Shown: positions 1 through 13,488 of the stretch, one piece after another | Numbering within the stretch: the first letter of the stretch is position 1 | Layout of the letters: each line of letters starts with the position of its first letter | NCBI RefSeq assembly: GCF_001949145.1 | Contig: NW_019091355.1 | Location: 4,351,374 to 4,415,373, forward strand | Direction: 5' to 3' | Source: Acanthaster planci | Taxonomy: Eukaryota | DNA length: 64,000 bases | The notes under the pieces: model-generated | What the model was told of the DNA's origin: nothing | What the model saw: only the letters and a program-made list of their open reading frames with translations | The model's database searches: none | Translations under genes and position numbers: made by a program

Positions 1-331
1 CTCGACTGTAACGTGTTTGCCTGAAGGATATTTTTGCTAAACCTCAACAAATTAGACTCAGGAAAATTGCCATTTTAATTTGGCCAAATCGCCTCCTTCG
101 AACCAGCTCAGAAATAAGCAGCCATGTTGCCTCTGGGACAACTGGGACCATACCATTACGCTAGAGGGGTGGTGATATTATATGATAAAGAAACAATGCC
201 TTATCCTTTAAAATTCTATATTTTTATTTTACTTAAGATTGAATAATTGTCCCTCTTTGTATTTTGACAATAACCATGTTAAATAAAATCTATGATGTTG
301 TTTCTGCTATATTGATTTTTACTCTCTTATA

Positions 332-452
332 ACGGCTGTTCCATGTCAAGACATATCTAATACACAGACTGAGCAATAAGATACTACATGTACAAACGGG
401 CCCTTTTTAAAACTCTGGCAGCAGTTTAGGTATCTTGACATGGAACAGCCGT
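332..452. mobile_element. Small MITE-like element with 20-bp perfect terminal inverted repeats
   Basis: acggctgttccatgtcaaga (332-351) is the reverse complement of 433-452. Confidence 0.6.
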
Positions 453-1975
453 CCAGACGATGAGGGGTCAAGTGATGTAATGCTCAACGACCTTATTTTA
501 AAGATGGCGACTGACAGAGCGAGCCTGTTAGATTGAATGGATAAAGGCAAAAAGACTGGAAAATACCTGAATAAAGTGAGTGAAATCATTCAATAAATGC
601 TTTTTAGAAAGCGGAAAGGTCAAGAATCATGTTCGTGTGCAAAAGAAATTGCGCCAACGTTGATAAGTGGGTGCGCCAGAATGTTCAATACGCCGACACG
701 AAATTGCGTATACGGATGTGTGACTATGGATAGGGAGTGAGAGTCCGTGCCACACAAGTGGGGCTAGGCACGCTTAGTACTCAGTGGTAGTGGTAAGCAT
801 TCGATCACACACCGTTTTCTTCAAATTCACCAAGAAACGCCTAGCCTGCGTTGTGTATTTCCTCACCTCTTTAAATTCTATTGAACTACAATCTGCATGT
901 TTGAAGCACTAAAACCTGTGAAGTAACGTTCGGCTGCTTCAGAATTCAGTCATGCCGAAGTCCACATTCGCAGTCACACATGTCACACCGCACCGCAGCC
1001 ATCTCTTCAAATAACATGCAGCGCCACCAATCGGTACCCTAAGCCCAACCTATTCAACAAACATACTACGGTGGCCGAATAGTGCCACAAGATAGTACGC
1101 AAACTGCTTCCCAACGGCCGCCAGTTATTCTAGGGCGGCCACAAAGTATTTCTCTAGCGACCACCACATAACTTTTACCACTTATAAAGCACTAATGCCT
1201 TGACTTCAATAGCCCACATTTTGATTGGCGACTACCAGAAATTTAATAGGCAATAAAATTAATTTTTCTTAGACTCACATTTTTGGATCTTTTACACTTT
1301 CTTCAACGTAAGGAAACTGTTTGAAACCCTTTTAGAGTTAAGAGTATTGAATCCAATTTTGCTCTTTTGAAAACATTTGTGACAAAAGGTTACTGGTTAC
1401 CTGCTGGCTTATTGCCAACATATGCAACAATAAATTGCCAAAGATATGGAAATTTTCGAAAAATATAAAATCCCAGCCTTTTTTTGTGCACAACTCAATG
1501 CAACATTAAGGTTTCGGTGGATGATTGGAATGACATTACAGTTTCGCTCATGAATATGCAAAGTCTCATAGCAAATAAAAAAAAATGAAAATGAGATATT
1601 TGAAACCTAAAATCGCGCTCTTAAGGTCTGCAGTAAAATAATCAATGGTCACTTTAAGCAGCCGTCCTATAATACATTTAAGTGGGGCATTGGCGGGCGC
1701 CAGATAATGAGTTTTCACTCGCCTATCAAATAAATCCCTTGCACTGTCCGGCCTCCGTAGGTTCTGGACAGAATTTCCTAGTTTACAGAACAGTTGAGTA
1801 GGCTACATACTTTTAGGCCTAGTGCGGAATTCCCCTGGCTGCGAACAGCATTGTTGAAAATTATGAAGCTGACTGAAAATACCAACTGAGAGGTACGGCA
1901 TTTCGTGTTGTGCATCGAGGACACTCTGGAGAAATCTTACCAACCATTCCTGACACAAAACTACTGGACATCACA

Positions 1976-2071
1976 ATGGTGAGGATTCTGGCAAATGGTG
2001 ACATCGTCCAAGATGATGACCCTCGAGTACGGCAGTCTCCTCATGCTCCAAATAGATCAGGCCCTCGTATG
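1976..2071 (+). CDS. FAM241B: FAM241-family protein, coding exon 1 (MVRILANGDIVQDDDPRVRQSPHAPNRSGPRM)
   Basis: ATG at 1976; the N-terminus MVRILANGDIVQDDDPRVR is the recognisable FAM241B/C10orf35 start; phase-0 donor ATG|gtgagc at 2072. Confidence 0.9.
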
Positions 2072-2460
2072 GTGAGCATTATGTGTACAGTGTGCAGCAT
2101 AAAATGTAACGCGGATGAGCATTAACTTTGCCATAAAGTGTGTAAAACGTTCGTGTACAGGTGTATCAAGTTTATAAGATTTTTGTGAAAAATTTATGCT
2201 GTAGAAATGCAATGTGATCGTGCTGACAGATCGCGCCCAACATACTCATTGTTTGCTGCGGCAGTTTGCAAGGATAATTCAGGGGTGTACCACTGAGACA
2301 TTCATTTAGAGCAGACTGAGAGTAGATCCTAAGTGGGAGTTGGAATGCGGCATTATGAGTACAAGCTGCTGGTAATTGTTATCCTCTTCATAATTGCCAA
2401 GCAATGAGCATACCTGCTTAGTGTTACTTCATTGATGGATGATGATTTGTCTACGGGGAA

Positions 2461-3021
2461 CAGGTCAACTCAGTCATACCTTGACAACTCGTACCATCAA
2501 CTCAACATAACTGTACCAACTTGTACCTTTGCCGAGTCGCACCTTGAACAACTCGTACCTCCAGTAAAGACAACTCGTACCTTTGCGTACGAGACAACTT
2601 GTACCTTCACAGAAACCAGAGCTTATTATTGTTGTAATTAACTTGAACAATAATTTGATTTATTGTGTTCGTCACCTAATTTGCCGTTGTGACTACACTT
2701 CCTCAACATTGTGTATGTGCGTACGCGGTCAGGCAACTGGCACTGTGCAGAAAATCATGCTGGGGCTCGAGATCTCTCCAGGAGATTTATGAAGATTTTT
2801 TCTTGATAAAAAAAAATATTTGTCAAATCTGATCGTAAACATGCTGAAAAGGAAGAGCAAGAAAGTTACAATGAAATTGCAAACGTGAAGGTACGAGCGG
2901 TCTTAACTCGAGGTGCGAGTTGTGCAAGGTACGAGTTGTCCAAGGTACAAGTTGCCCATGCTACGAGTCGTCCAAGGTACGAGTCATCTAAGGTATGAGC
3001 CGCCCAAGGTACAAGTTGACT
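2461..3021. mobile_element. Foldback-like element in the FAM241 intron with inverted arrays of ~15-bp subrepeats
   Basis: Left arm has repeated (ca)actcgtacc; right arm has repeated caaggtacgagttg in the opposite orientation. Confidence 0.65.
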
Positions 3022-3082
3022 CGAAGCTGTCAATGTACTGCATGCAGTTTATTTCAAGTATGACTTTCATTCACTTTTCCAG

Positions 3083-3466
3083 GGTTTCATCCAGCACAAC
3101 GCAGATCCTCACCAGTATGGCCACGATGGTCAAGGGGCCGCAGGATACCAGGGGCACGGCATCTCCATTTTTGATACACTCAACCAACGGCTACTGAATT
3201 TGGGCATTCCATGCTTCAACCTTGGACCATATGCCATCCAGCCCATCGTCACGGTGGGATTCCTCCTGGCTATGCTTCTATTTGGACTACCTGGCTTACT
3301 GTTCGCTGGAATCCTGTTTGCTGTCGTGAAGCTCAGCGGTGGGGCTGGGGGCGGTGGTAGTGGCAGTGGTGAAAATGGTGGCGCTTGGGGTGGTGCAGGC
3401 CGTAGCACAGGAAGTGGGGATGGACAACGGAGGAATAGAGCTGGAAGGGTGATCCGACACAGATGA
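3083..3466 (+). CDS. FAM241B: FAM241-family protein, coding exon 2 (GFIQHNADPHQ...IFDTLNQRLLNLGIP...hydrophobic segment...Gly-rich tail, stop)
   Basis: Acceptor cacttttccag|GGT; in frame with exon 1; FDTLNQRLLNLGIP motif and LLAMLLFGLPGLLFAGILF hydrophobic stretch typical of FAM241; TGA at 3464-3466. Confidence 0.9.
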   Translation, partial: GFIQHNADPHQYGHDGQGAAGYQGHGISIFDTLNQRLLNLGIPCFNLGPYAIQPIVTVGFLLAMLLFGLPGLLFAGILFAVVKLSGGAGGGGSGSGENGGAWGGAGRSTGSGDGQRRNRAGRVIRHR

Positions 3467-4830
3467 TCTGATCAGCGCTGTCAGCGTTCAAATCATTCCT
3501 TCACTGAACACACTGCTTTTTGTGGCAGTTAGTACATGTATTACTCTTTCAGTTGTGCCTGGGAAGATGTACATGTACCAGCTACTGTAGCCCAGATAGG
3601 ACACATCTGACATTTTAACTGAAGCAATGCAGTAAGGGAGTCCGCCTGCTGGGCTGCATCAAATATTGAGCATCTGTTTGTCCATACATATACATGTAGG
3701 TCACTGCATGTACATGCACTACATTGTCACAGATGACAATAGACATGTGTTGAGCAGTGATGGTGCCCTCTAGTGGGGAAAGTTAACAAGAGACTGCAGA
3801 AAAGGTACATGTGTGATACTATAGCACCGTGTCTGTTACATTAACATGGAATGAATAGACATGTACATGTACTTTACACTTCTTTACATCATCCATGTAA
3901 ACAAATTTAACTGCCTGTGATATCCATGGTGATTACCAACTCTTTTAACATTACATTAACATGGAATAGCATTTTACCATCCTGGCTGCCCAGAGAGTTT
4001 GAGAAAATATATTTAGTTTTATTTAATTTTAATCAGTTTATTTTCAATTTAAATCTCAATGTAATAAGTGAGTGGAGGGATCTACATATATATAGTTAGT
4101 TCAAATCAGTATTGTCTGTCCTTTTTGTATAGATTTACCTAGTTTTTCTAATTTTGTTTGAATCCAGATTTTGGTCAATCTTACAGGGAAAGTTTAGTTC
4201 TTTCAATGCAATCAGTTCTGTACTTATCTCTAGTAAGAGCATTTTCACAAAGCAGAAAATGAGTAAACTGGTTTTTATACATCCCAGAAAACTTTGTTGA
4301 AAAAGATCACTCTAGAAACTGTCTTCATGCATCTTTAAATTTTAAGGATAATCCTATGAGGATAATCCCATGAAATGCGAGACTTTTGTCTCATCTCAGT
4401 GCAAATTAGAGTGAAGAGTTGAAAGGTGGTTTCCAGACAGGCTATGAAACAGTAATGTTGAGCCAGTGGACATGTATTTCAGCAAGGAATGTAGATAAGG
4501 GTGGATCCAGAACCATTTCTTTTTGGAGGGGGCAGGGGCAAAATCATTTCGGGGTGGCCAAAAAATTTGGAGATGTTTGTTTTCATTTGATCATGGCAGT
4601 AGGATTAACCTGTCAAGGCCTTTCTGAGGGTCGAGGCTCGTTTGGGTGCTTTTTAGATGCTTTACACAAGAAAGGAAATGAAGACGACCAAAACAAAAAT
4701 TGCCTTGGTGTTTCCTTTCACTCTGTCTTTTTGCCACATCATTGCACTTGTGTGTTAATACCTTGTCCCGTTTTTTTCCCGTCATGGTTGTACAGTAAAC
4801 ATGTCAGACAAGCCTGTACTTGTACATATG

Positions 4831-4969
4831 CCCACTAAACTTCTAGCATTCACTGGGGCCATTTTGCAAAGTGTGTCCCACTGAACTTCTAAGCATTCAC
4901 TTGGGCCATTTTGCAAAGTGTGTCCCACTGAACTTCTAGCATTCACTGGGGCCATTTTGCAAAGTGTGT
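4831..4969. repeat. Tandem repeat, 3 copies of a ~46-bp unit
   Basis: cccactgaacttctagcattcactggggccattttgcaaagtgtgt repeated three times. Confidence 0.9.
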
Positions 4970-5070
4970 GGAACTTTTGGTTACTTTATTGAGTCTCCTA
5001 GAATTTTCATTATGCAAAACTTCAATTTGAACCAAACTACTGGAACAAAGCAAGACTTGCATGTACCTAA

Positions 5071-5538
5071 ATAGGGGTGGAACAAGTTGCTTGTTGTTGT
5101 GACTCAATTGAGTCGAGTCATTGGAACAGTGACTCATTGTACATGTACCACAGTGACTGAAGTCGAGTCATTAGGCAGAAAGTCAAGTATTTAGTTTTGA
5201 GTCAATTTGAATCATCACAAATACACAATAAGATGAATACAAACAAGAGAAAAGTTCATTTTTTTGGTAGTTAACATTCCTTTAAGGTTTCTTTATGTGA
5301 TCACACCACCTTACTCACGTGGAAATTATCAACCAGTGCTGTAAGCCATTACAAACATTTTATTGTCAAGAAGTTGCTTTTTATTTTGGGGGATTTTGAG
5401 TCTTATAAACTTTCACTCAAAAGGTCTTCTAATGAGGGTCTTCGAGTTGACTCATTGCCTGTGGGGACTCGATTCACCAAAAAATTGTGATTCAAGTCAG
5501 ACAAGTCAAGTCATCGAGTCGAGTCATTACAACCCTGA
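5071..5538. mobile_element. Degenerate non-autonomous DNA element with GAGTC/GACTC subterminal repeats (hAT-like ends); related fragment near 31165-31335
   Basis: Clusters of gagtcgagtca and gactc motifs; right end ttacaaccctg. Confidence 0.45.
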
Positions 5539-7274
5539 CTTAATTTTATTAAATTTTAAGGGTTTATTTGAACTTGGTGATTAGTGAAACTCTCTTCATG
5601 AAATACATGTGAAATAGCACCACGAACAAAATAGACTACTGTACATGTATTTGGTTTTCTTTGCAATGCTTTTATTAAATTCTGAAAGTTCTGTTTGCAC
5701 TTGAAAAATTCGGAGAGGAACAATAAGGCAAACCTTTTAAACTATAGAAAATAATGTTTGCAGAGTCAAGCCTTTTTTAAAAAGTCACTCTACAACTTTT
5801 CTGTTGTCTTCCATATATATATAGACTTGTTATGTATCCATAATTTATCAACACAGCATACAAAAGCAACTTAACAGGAATCAACCCCCCTTTGTTGGGA
5901 GATCATTTTTTGAAAGGGATAAATTCTTCTTTTCATGTTTTTACATGTTTTTGTAACATTCCGTCTAACTTTGTGACTAAATTGCAACTAATACCATGAG
6001 ATGCGTGCTTGTCTCGGCTAGAAAACGTTCCCTAAAATCAGTTCACTTTAATAAACCAGTTCTAAGCTAATTTACCAGTTACATGCTTTTCTTTAAAGGA
6101 CAATTTTCAAAACAACTTTTTTTCTGTGCATGACTGCTACTAAATTTAGCACACAGCAGAAGCATCACGATGAACCTTCATCATAATGTATGACTCGTGT
6201 TAACATCTGTAAGGCCACACTTTTATGGATTATGGATCCACTGAATTCTTTTTGGCCCCCCCCCCAAATTGTTTCTGCCAACTTATGAATATTAAAGCAT
6301 CAAAAATGAATATGAATTTCACTGTTAAAATATCGCCACACAACCAGGAAAGAATTGGGCTGTCTGAACTTTATCTGGCCACAAACTCTCCACATTTTTC
6401 GTTGAAGATACATATACATGTACGGCAAGCATATTGGGAATTTTGTGGCCAATAGATATGGCAGAGAAGAGTACGTCTGTGAAAGCAACTTTACTAAACA
6501 CGGACTGATTACATAAACAGTAACCAGTACTTACAGTTCTGGCGTGCAAAAAAAAGTACATGTTGAGCTGGCTTGTGATCCGGCGATTTACATAATTTTT
6601 ATCTTTCACTTTTTCCCAATATTTTCCATATCAAGACAGTTAATTTAACAAAAGGAAAAGTGACTTTTTCTTTGTGAAATTTCTTCCATCACAGGAGTTT
6701 TGTCAAGGATCTTCGTCTTCTTTCACTTGTGCTCCGTAGAGTTGGTCCGTGCAGGCACACCTAACAAAGCAAGAAAGAATTTCCCAGTTTGTTTTACGTT
6801 TACTTCCATTTCCCCTCCATCTCCATTTTCTTGCTGAAAACAAACAGTTTCAAGAAAGTCTAATTAATTTTACTGATTTGTTGAGATCTGTGCTCCATGA
6901 AAGTGTGGCCTTACTGACTGATGCTACCAAGAATTCTGTTTGCCATATGGCATCAAACCTCTTATTTCAATGAACACGGGGGCACACTTTGGCAATCCTG
7001 GTTTAAAACTATGAACTGCTGATTGTCAGTCTTGGATACATTAATGTTACCATGATAATACAATAAGAAGAAATATAAGAAGCTGTTTATACCAAAGAGT
7101 TAAAGGTGATTAACATGGATAGCACTGATATCATATCTTAACCTAAGGTGGACCGCATCCACAATGTATTTTTTAGAATATAAAGCTGTCACCGGGCCAA
7201 CCTTCCAATGAAATCTCATTGCACATTAAACAAACCATACTTCGGGGTACTAGACCGTGCCTGCCCAGTCAAAA

Positions 7275-7391
7275 GACGGTGTTCGAAACAGGCTTCCAGA
7301 ACTAGGGCTAGGTCTACTGTCTGCGCGTCTCCACACATTTCCAATGGAGCGAAGACCTAGACCTAGCTCTAGACGAGATGAGGATGCAGCC
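7275..7391. mobile_element. ~120-bp MITE family A, copy 1
   Basis: Shares ggcttccaga...ctaggtcta...agacctagacctagc...ggatgcagcc with 35610 and 51570. Confidence 0.8.
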
Positions 7392-8733
7392 AAAGTGATT
7401 AAGTTAGATTCCTCCCGTTTTTTTCCCTGAAAAAAGTTCAGTTGACAGACCTGAATGTACAAATACCCTTCGCAGACATTTGTCAACAAAGCTAAGGTAA
7501 TATTTCTTATTTACATGGATGGATAAACTTCGCTAGGAATTTGTCCAGCATTTCTTCATGCAACGGTTTTTCAAGGCACACAACTGATTATCTTCAAACA
7601 TTAAGTAGATATTCAAAGATGATCTTCAGCCAGTAATACTACATGTATATTAATTACCTGATGCAAAGTTCCAATTATTTACAGAAAATGACGCAGTAAG
7701 AGACCCCCAAAAAAGCACAGCAAATATGAGCTTCACATTACTAGCAATGAAGCAACAGTTCTATGTGGTGTTTCTGTTTTTATGTAGCAGGTTTGACCCC
7801 CAAAGTTTTAGCTATTTAATAACCATCCTACACAAAATACTCAGAACAAAATATCTACATCTGACCATAGTGAATGTGAGAGATTAGTTCTCAATGGGAC
7901 ACAGAGAATAAATCCTCAGGAACAACAGATAACAGGAACACAATGCGACTTTCCATTTTCAAATCAAGATGTGGAAAATGCCCAAGGAGGGTTCCACAAT
8001 CTGGCATTAAAGGAGCATTGGCTGAAATCGTGTATTTAGCGATATTGTAAAAATAACTGCTCAACTACCAAAAAACAAGCCGCAATGAAATTTCTTCCTT
8101 TGGAAATACTGTTCTTTAAGTGACAAACAAAAAGTTGAACAGAAAATCAGAAGTTATTCATGAAGAAATAAATAGATGAACCTACCGTATAAAACACCAG
8201 TACTGCTAAAGTCATAAAAAATAAATCCTTGGCCAAAAAGACCTTTACAGTTCATAAATATGGGAAATACCCTGCCACCAAAGACAATGATCAGGTACTG
8301 TTCATATAAATTAAAGATTTTCAAGATCAAGAGTCTCTTGTTACATGTACGAACAAGTACGAGTTATGTAAAAATGCTTCATGGTGCAGTGGGAAAACAC
8401 TATTCACCAGCCAAATTTATTTTCAGTTTCAAAATCATGCATTTACCAGCATGCATGTGTGGAGAATATTACGTTTTACCTACATGAACAAGAAATAACT
8501 TTTTAAGTTGAATATAAATTACATGATGGCCCGGTACTAAAGACACTACGTGTATATTAATGCTGCTTGCTGGAGTGGTCCTTCACGATATCCCACTTCT
8601 GCCACTAACATAGCCTTCGCCCTTTCCTATACAGTGCAGGAGGCATGCCAGAAATGCGCTCACTGGTAAAGCTACATAGATCATGTAGTGATGTATCTGG
8701 CTTTCGAAGGCGCAATCCCCTTCAACATTCGGA

Positions 8734-9162
8734 TCAGCACATTGTTGTGTGAACTGGCGACTGATTTTGCCCATTTGGATTACTGTTCTGCACTTGCACC
8801 GTGTGGCGCTGGGGCATCTGGGGGGTCATTTCAATGCCCTCACCGGAGTCCCTCTTCTCGTTCCGCTCCTTGTCTTTCCCCTTCCGCTTCTTCTTTTTGT
8901 GCTGCCCTCCATTGCCGCCGTTGCCCCCCGAACTTTGGCCTCTGGCCTTCGACGAGGACGGGCTGGGGTCAAAGTGCTTGAGGACAAAAATGAGGTCGGT
9001 GGACAGGAGAGGGAACTCGTACGGTGGGTTGGTGATGGTGTAGCGCTTGGAGGAGGGTGTGTTTGTTGAGAGGGTTGAGTCTCGGAATCGATAGATGCCA
9101 AAGCAGAGCATGCCAAATTTTTTTAGAGCTTCCACAAAGAGGTCTCCGTACATGCCTCCGTC
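8734..9162 (-). CDS. KCNMA1: Slo1 last coding exon ([14 protein letters not shown]...[19 protein letters not shown]...SPVHTTMC stop)
   Basis: 429 nt; tctttccag| acceptor; conserved end of RCK2, then open to TGA at 8734. Confidence 0.93.
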   Translation of the reverse strand, partial: DGGMYGDLFVEALKKFGMLCFGIYRFRDSTLSTNTPSSKRYTITNPPYEFPLLSTDLIFVLKHFDPSPSSSKARGQSSGGNGGNGGQHKKKKRKGKDKERNEKRDSGEGIEMTPQMPQRHTVQVQNSNPNGQNQSPVHTTMC

Positions 9163-9502
9163 CTGGAAAGAAATAGGTTATCATTGTATCACAGAGATAT
9201 CCACTTCTTCACACACATGTAGTTGTCTACAGCATACACAACTGGTGAAAAACGGGCACGGGGGCATCAAAGTCTGGACATAAAAGAGCTTAATGTAAGA
9301 GATAAACTAATGTGACTTACACAGGCAACACAACTGCTTCTGGAAAATGGAATGAGGAGGATACAATCAATATTAGGAAAGGGAACACACACCGCCTTAT
9401 CAGAATTACACTCAAAACACTTTAACACTCCAGATCCCTCCAATCATTCAAGGCTTGAGAAAGGACAAATATTCCTTATTTTAGAAACACTGAACTACTC
9501 AC

Positions 9503-9697
9503 GCCAAAATAGGACAAGGGTCCATCTATGAGTGGTATTTGGGCTACAAGGCACCGATCTCGATTGGCTAGGAGGTCGGGAATGCTGAGCCCTGGCCTCA
9601 TATCACCGCCTTCGGCTAGGATCTGCTCCAGTTCGGGAGTGGCGCCCCCTGTAATTAATGTCCTGATCAAGGTCAGGGCATTGTCGTTGAAGTACGT
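9503..9697 (-). CDS. KCNMA1: Slo1 exon, RCK2 ([24 protein letters not shown]...[23 protein letters not shown])
   Basis: 195 nt; phase 0 to 0; |gtgagt donor. Confidence 0.97.
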
Positions 9698-9824
9698 CTG
9701 TAAAAATAACATAAGGTGTCTCAAAAGTCTTCATCATTACAGACGACGCTTCAATAGCATGTACATCTACGACTGAAAGTTCTATCAACACAAACCTTAA
9801 AATTATATTACTTTACAGCGTATC

Positions 9825-10101
9825 TTAACCCCTTCACGGCGGGATTATTTTGACCGCGACTNNNNNNNNNNNNNNNNNNNNNNNNNNNNNNNNNNNNNNN
9901 NNNNNNNNNNNNNNNNNNNNNNNNNNNNNNNNNNNNNNNNNNNNNNNNNNNNNNNNNNNNNNNNNNNNNNNNNNNNNNNNNNNNNNNNNNNNNNNNNNNN
10001 NNNNNNNNNNNNNNNNNNNNNNNNNNNNNNNNNNNNNNNNNNNNNNNNNNNNNNNNNCACAATGGTGCGGTAGTAGCAGTCCTCCGCAGCGAAGGGGTTA
10101 A
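9825..10101. mobile_element. piggyBac-type non-autonomous element, interior is an N gap
   Basis: TTAA-CCCCTTC ... GAAGGGG-TTAA ends. Confidence 0.7.
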
Positions 10102-10345
10102 CAGTGCAGGCACAAACTGTTGATCAAAACATTCTGTTTTGTTTCGATTAACTTGAAAAATACAATACCCTGGAAAAAAAAAGAAAAAGTCCCCGCAAAA
10201 GAAGGCGCTATTTGCAAAAAAAGAGGGCGCAGTTTGCCATGTCAAAATGGCAGCTGTTACACGTACACACTTGTGTGCATGTAAACAGTTTTTTTTGTGT
10301 GGCTGTTTGTTTTACGGACTCCTACAATGGGTGTTCCGATTTCTA

Positions 10346-10552
<207 letters not shown>

Positions 10553-10901
10553 TCAAAGGGTGAGAGAGAGTGCGTCAGGAAAAGAACGGCAAGCAATTCA
10601 CAAGAGCCGTCCAGCAGAAACACTGAACTAACTTGGAACGTTGGGGCATGAACACATCACAGTATTCTGACGTAATAAAATCAATTCAAACATTTCAAAC
10701 ATGAATATTTCATTACTTGCCCAGTCAAAAATAACATTGTTAAATGCCTCTTATGGCATGTAAAGCTAGTTGTTACGACTAAAAACAAATCAAATGTCAT
10801 CCAGATGAATTTTCTCACATCAATCAACAGCAGAGAGTCCAGTCAAAAAAACAAAAAACTATTAAAAAGAACTGGACAGTCCAGCCTCCCGTAATCTGTG
10901 A

Positions 10902-11039
10902 ATAGAGTACCGAAGTGTGACGTCACTGTGAACCAGAAAGTGCAGTGCAAACAAATGGAGTACGCGCGCGTGTTGGTTCACACGCTGGTTCGCGCGCTTA
11001 TGCCTTTTACACACTAAGGTATTCACTTCGGTACTCTAT
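10902..11039. mobile_element. MITE with 16-bp perfect terminal inverted repeats
   Basis: atagagtaccgaagtg ... cacttcggtactctat. Confidence 0.7.
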
Positions 11040-11579
11040 AACTTGTGACTGCCTTGAATATAATTCACAATGTAGCGACAGGCCCATGTACTGATGGAGC
11101 TTGTGGAGGCCTACCGTCCATCAAGCACAGCAGGAAGGCACACAGGCATTAAAAACAGTGTGGTGTCATTATTACAGAGGTCTGTCCTTTGAGGCTTTCA
11201 GGAATGAAACCCAATGGTAGGCACTACAAGACGATTTATTCACAGAAAAAAAATTGTGTCATCCCGCGTGGAAAATGTTTTGTCCTCAACAAGGGTGGTA
11301 GGACTGCCCGTCAAAATGGACCTACCAGTTGCAAGCTCTACGTGACAACTGTAGAGAATGCCACAGTTTCCTTGATGGAGATGAACAAAGTTGTCCAACG
11401 TAAGTCTGTCAAATCCACAGCATGTGTTTTGTTGACTGACAATGAAGTACCTCATTCCATTCAGGGTCCAAAACATAAAAGGGCTTTACTGATCGGGGAT
11501 TTCCATTGAAAAACGAATCAAGGAAAGCTTCCATGAGCTGATTTCTTGTTTAGGTGAAGTCAGTGAAGGATATACTCAC

Positions 11580-11684
11580 CAAGTTCAGTGATCATTGGGA
11601 CATTAGCGCCCACTGCTGAGCCTCTCCTGCTAGGCTGCTCCAGAACAGGCGTCTCTATTCCAGGAAGATGCATCGGCATGATGG
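11580..11684 (-). CDS. KCNMA1: Slo1 exon, RCK2 with RRGS PKA consensus (AIMPMHLPGIETPVLEQPSRRGSAVGANVPMITEL)
   Basis: 105 nt; GANVPMITEL motif; phase 1 to 1; |gtgagt donor. Confidence 0.93.
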
Positions 11685-12959
11685 CTACGGTAAATGGTTA
11701 GCATAAAAACAGTTGAAGGCCTTGCACCAAACACAACAGAACAACAGCACTAGAACTCAACTTGGTCTAACCAGACACTCGTGAAGATTACAGCATTCAT
11801 TAGATTTATTGGATTCCTATTGGTCTATTCTGTGCATGGTGCTGAGTTCTGACCACACGCACAAGCGTCGGTACCCACGCACAAGCGTCGGTACCCGCTT
11901 ATGAGAGAACCCTGATCAAATTACAAATCCCACTGCTAGCCATCTATCCACAGGCATGCAATTTGGACTTTGACAACAATCAAGGTAACTCCAAGGAAAC
12001 TCTTTACAAGACTTTGTACGGTGTTTTTCAATTTTTAATGACAAGAGGGTTAAGTGAAAAATGAGGGAATCGGCTGATCCGAGGAAAGTTGCATGCCCGT
12101 ATCTACAGTTTGTATCGACATAATATGGTCGCTAAAACCTGCTTACTTAACTAAGGATTAATTTCACAAAATCTCAAACCTAAAGTAATCCTGGGGTTGA
12201 CCCCATCAAATATTATAAGCATACACAATACATTTCAGCTTCCTTGGTGGTGCAGTTCTACAAAAAAATGTGCCTGAGGTATGGGTTGGCTTTATTGCGC
12301 ACAGGCTTTAAAAACCTTGGCGAGTTTCATCTTCTCGCTAAAAAACAGTCTGGCAAAATGGGTATAACTTGGTTCCAGGACCACTTCTATGCCTACAATT
12401 CTTCCTAAATGTTTTGAAGTTTGTTACTGTCCAATGAATTAAACCCCCCATGATGGGCACAAATGCATGAATGTGATGAACCATATGCTTCCGCAGAGTT
12501 AGTATCCAAAGTGTGTTGCACGTCACACCCTATACAAGCATACTCTCTACTTCACTACCATGCACATGTATCATACAGAGGTTAATAAATATGGCCAAGT
12601 CTGAACCAGGAGCGTTGGTTAGTGTCTCCTTCGGACATACAGGCACATCAACATGCATTCCACAACTTGATGGAGGAGGGAGTGCTGAACTCAGATGGCA
12701 TTTCACTTCTGGGTGTGTGGTTTCAACGACAGCTAAAGCTGCTAGCGGGAAGTGGTGGGATTTAGTGGGAGGGGGGTGGGGTAATGTAACTGAATCGGCA
12801 TTTTGTTCATCATCCCTTACATGCCTCTCGACAAAAGAACACAAAACAAGAGATCGACATTTGTACAACTCGAGAGAAAAGAAAAAGAGGGAACAGCAGA
12901 ATGGAATAATTCTGAACTGATGAAAAACACAAACACAACATCTCTGCAAAAAATGTACA

Positions 12960-13488
12960 CAACCATATCCAGAAAAACAACCCAACCATATCCAGAAAAA
13001 CAACCCAACCATATNNNNNNNNNNNNNNNNNNNNNNNNNNNNNNNNNNNNNNNNNNNNNNNNNNNNNNNNNNNNNNNNNNNNNNNNNNNNNNNNNNNNNN
13101 NNNNNNNNNNNNNNNNNNNNNNNNNNNNNNNNNNNNNNNNNNNNNNNNNNNNNNNNNNNNNNNNNNNNNNNNNNNNNNNNNNNNNNNNNNNNNNNNNNNN
13201 NNNNNNNNNNNNNNNNNNNNNNNNNNNNNNNNNNNNNNNNNNNNNNNNNNNNNNNNNNNNNNNNNNNNNNNNNNNNNNNNNNNNNNNNNNNNNNNNNNNN
13301 NNNNNNNNNNNNNNNNNNNNNNNNNNNNNNNNNNNNNNNNNNNNNNNNNNNNNNNNNNNNNNNNNNNNNNNNNNNNNNNNNNNNNNNNNNNNNNNNNNNN
13401 CCAGAAAGACAACCCAACCATGTCCAGAAAGACAACCCAACCATGTCCAGAAAGACAACCCAACCGTGTCCAGAAAGACAACCCAACA
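12960..13488. repeat. 23-bp minisatellite spanning the N gap 13015-13400
   Basis: Unit caaccat(a/g)tccagaaa(a/g)acaacc on both sides of the gap. Confidence 0.9.

Noticed and set aside
4831..4969. CRISPR-like array
   Set aside because: Head-to-tail tandem units with no unique spacers, in eukaryotic DNA
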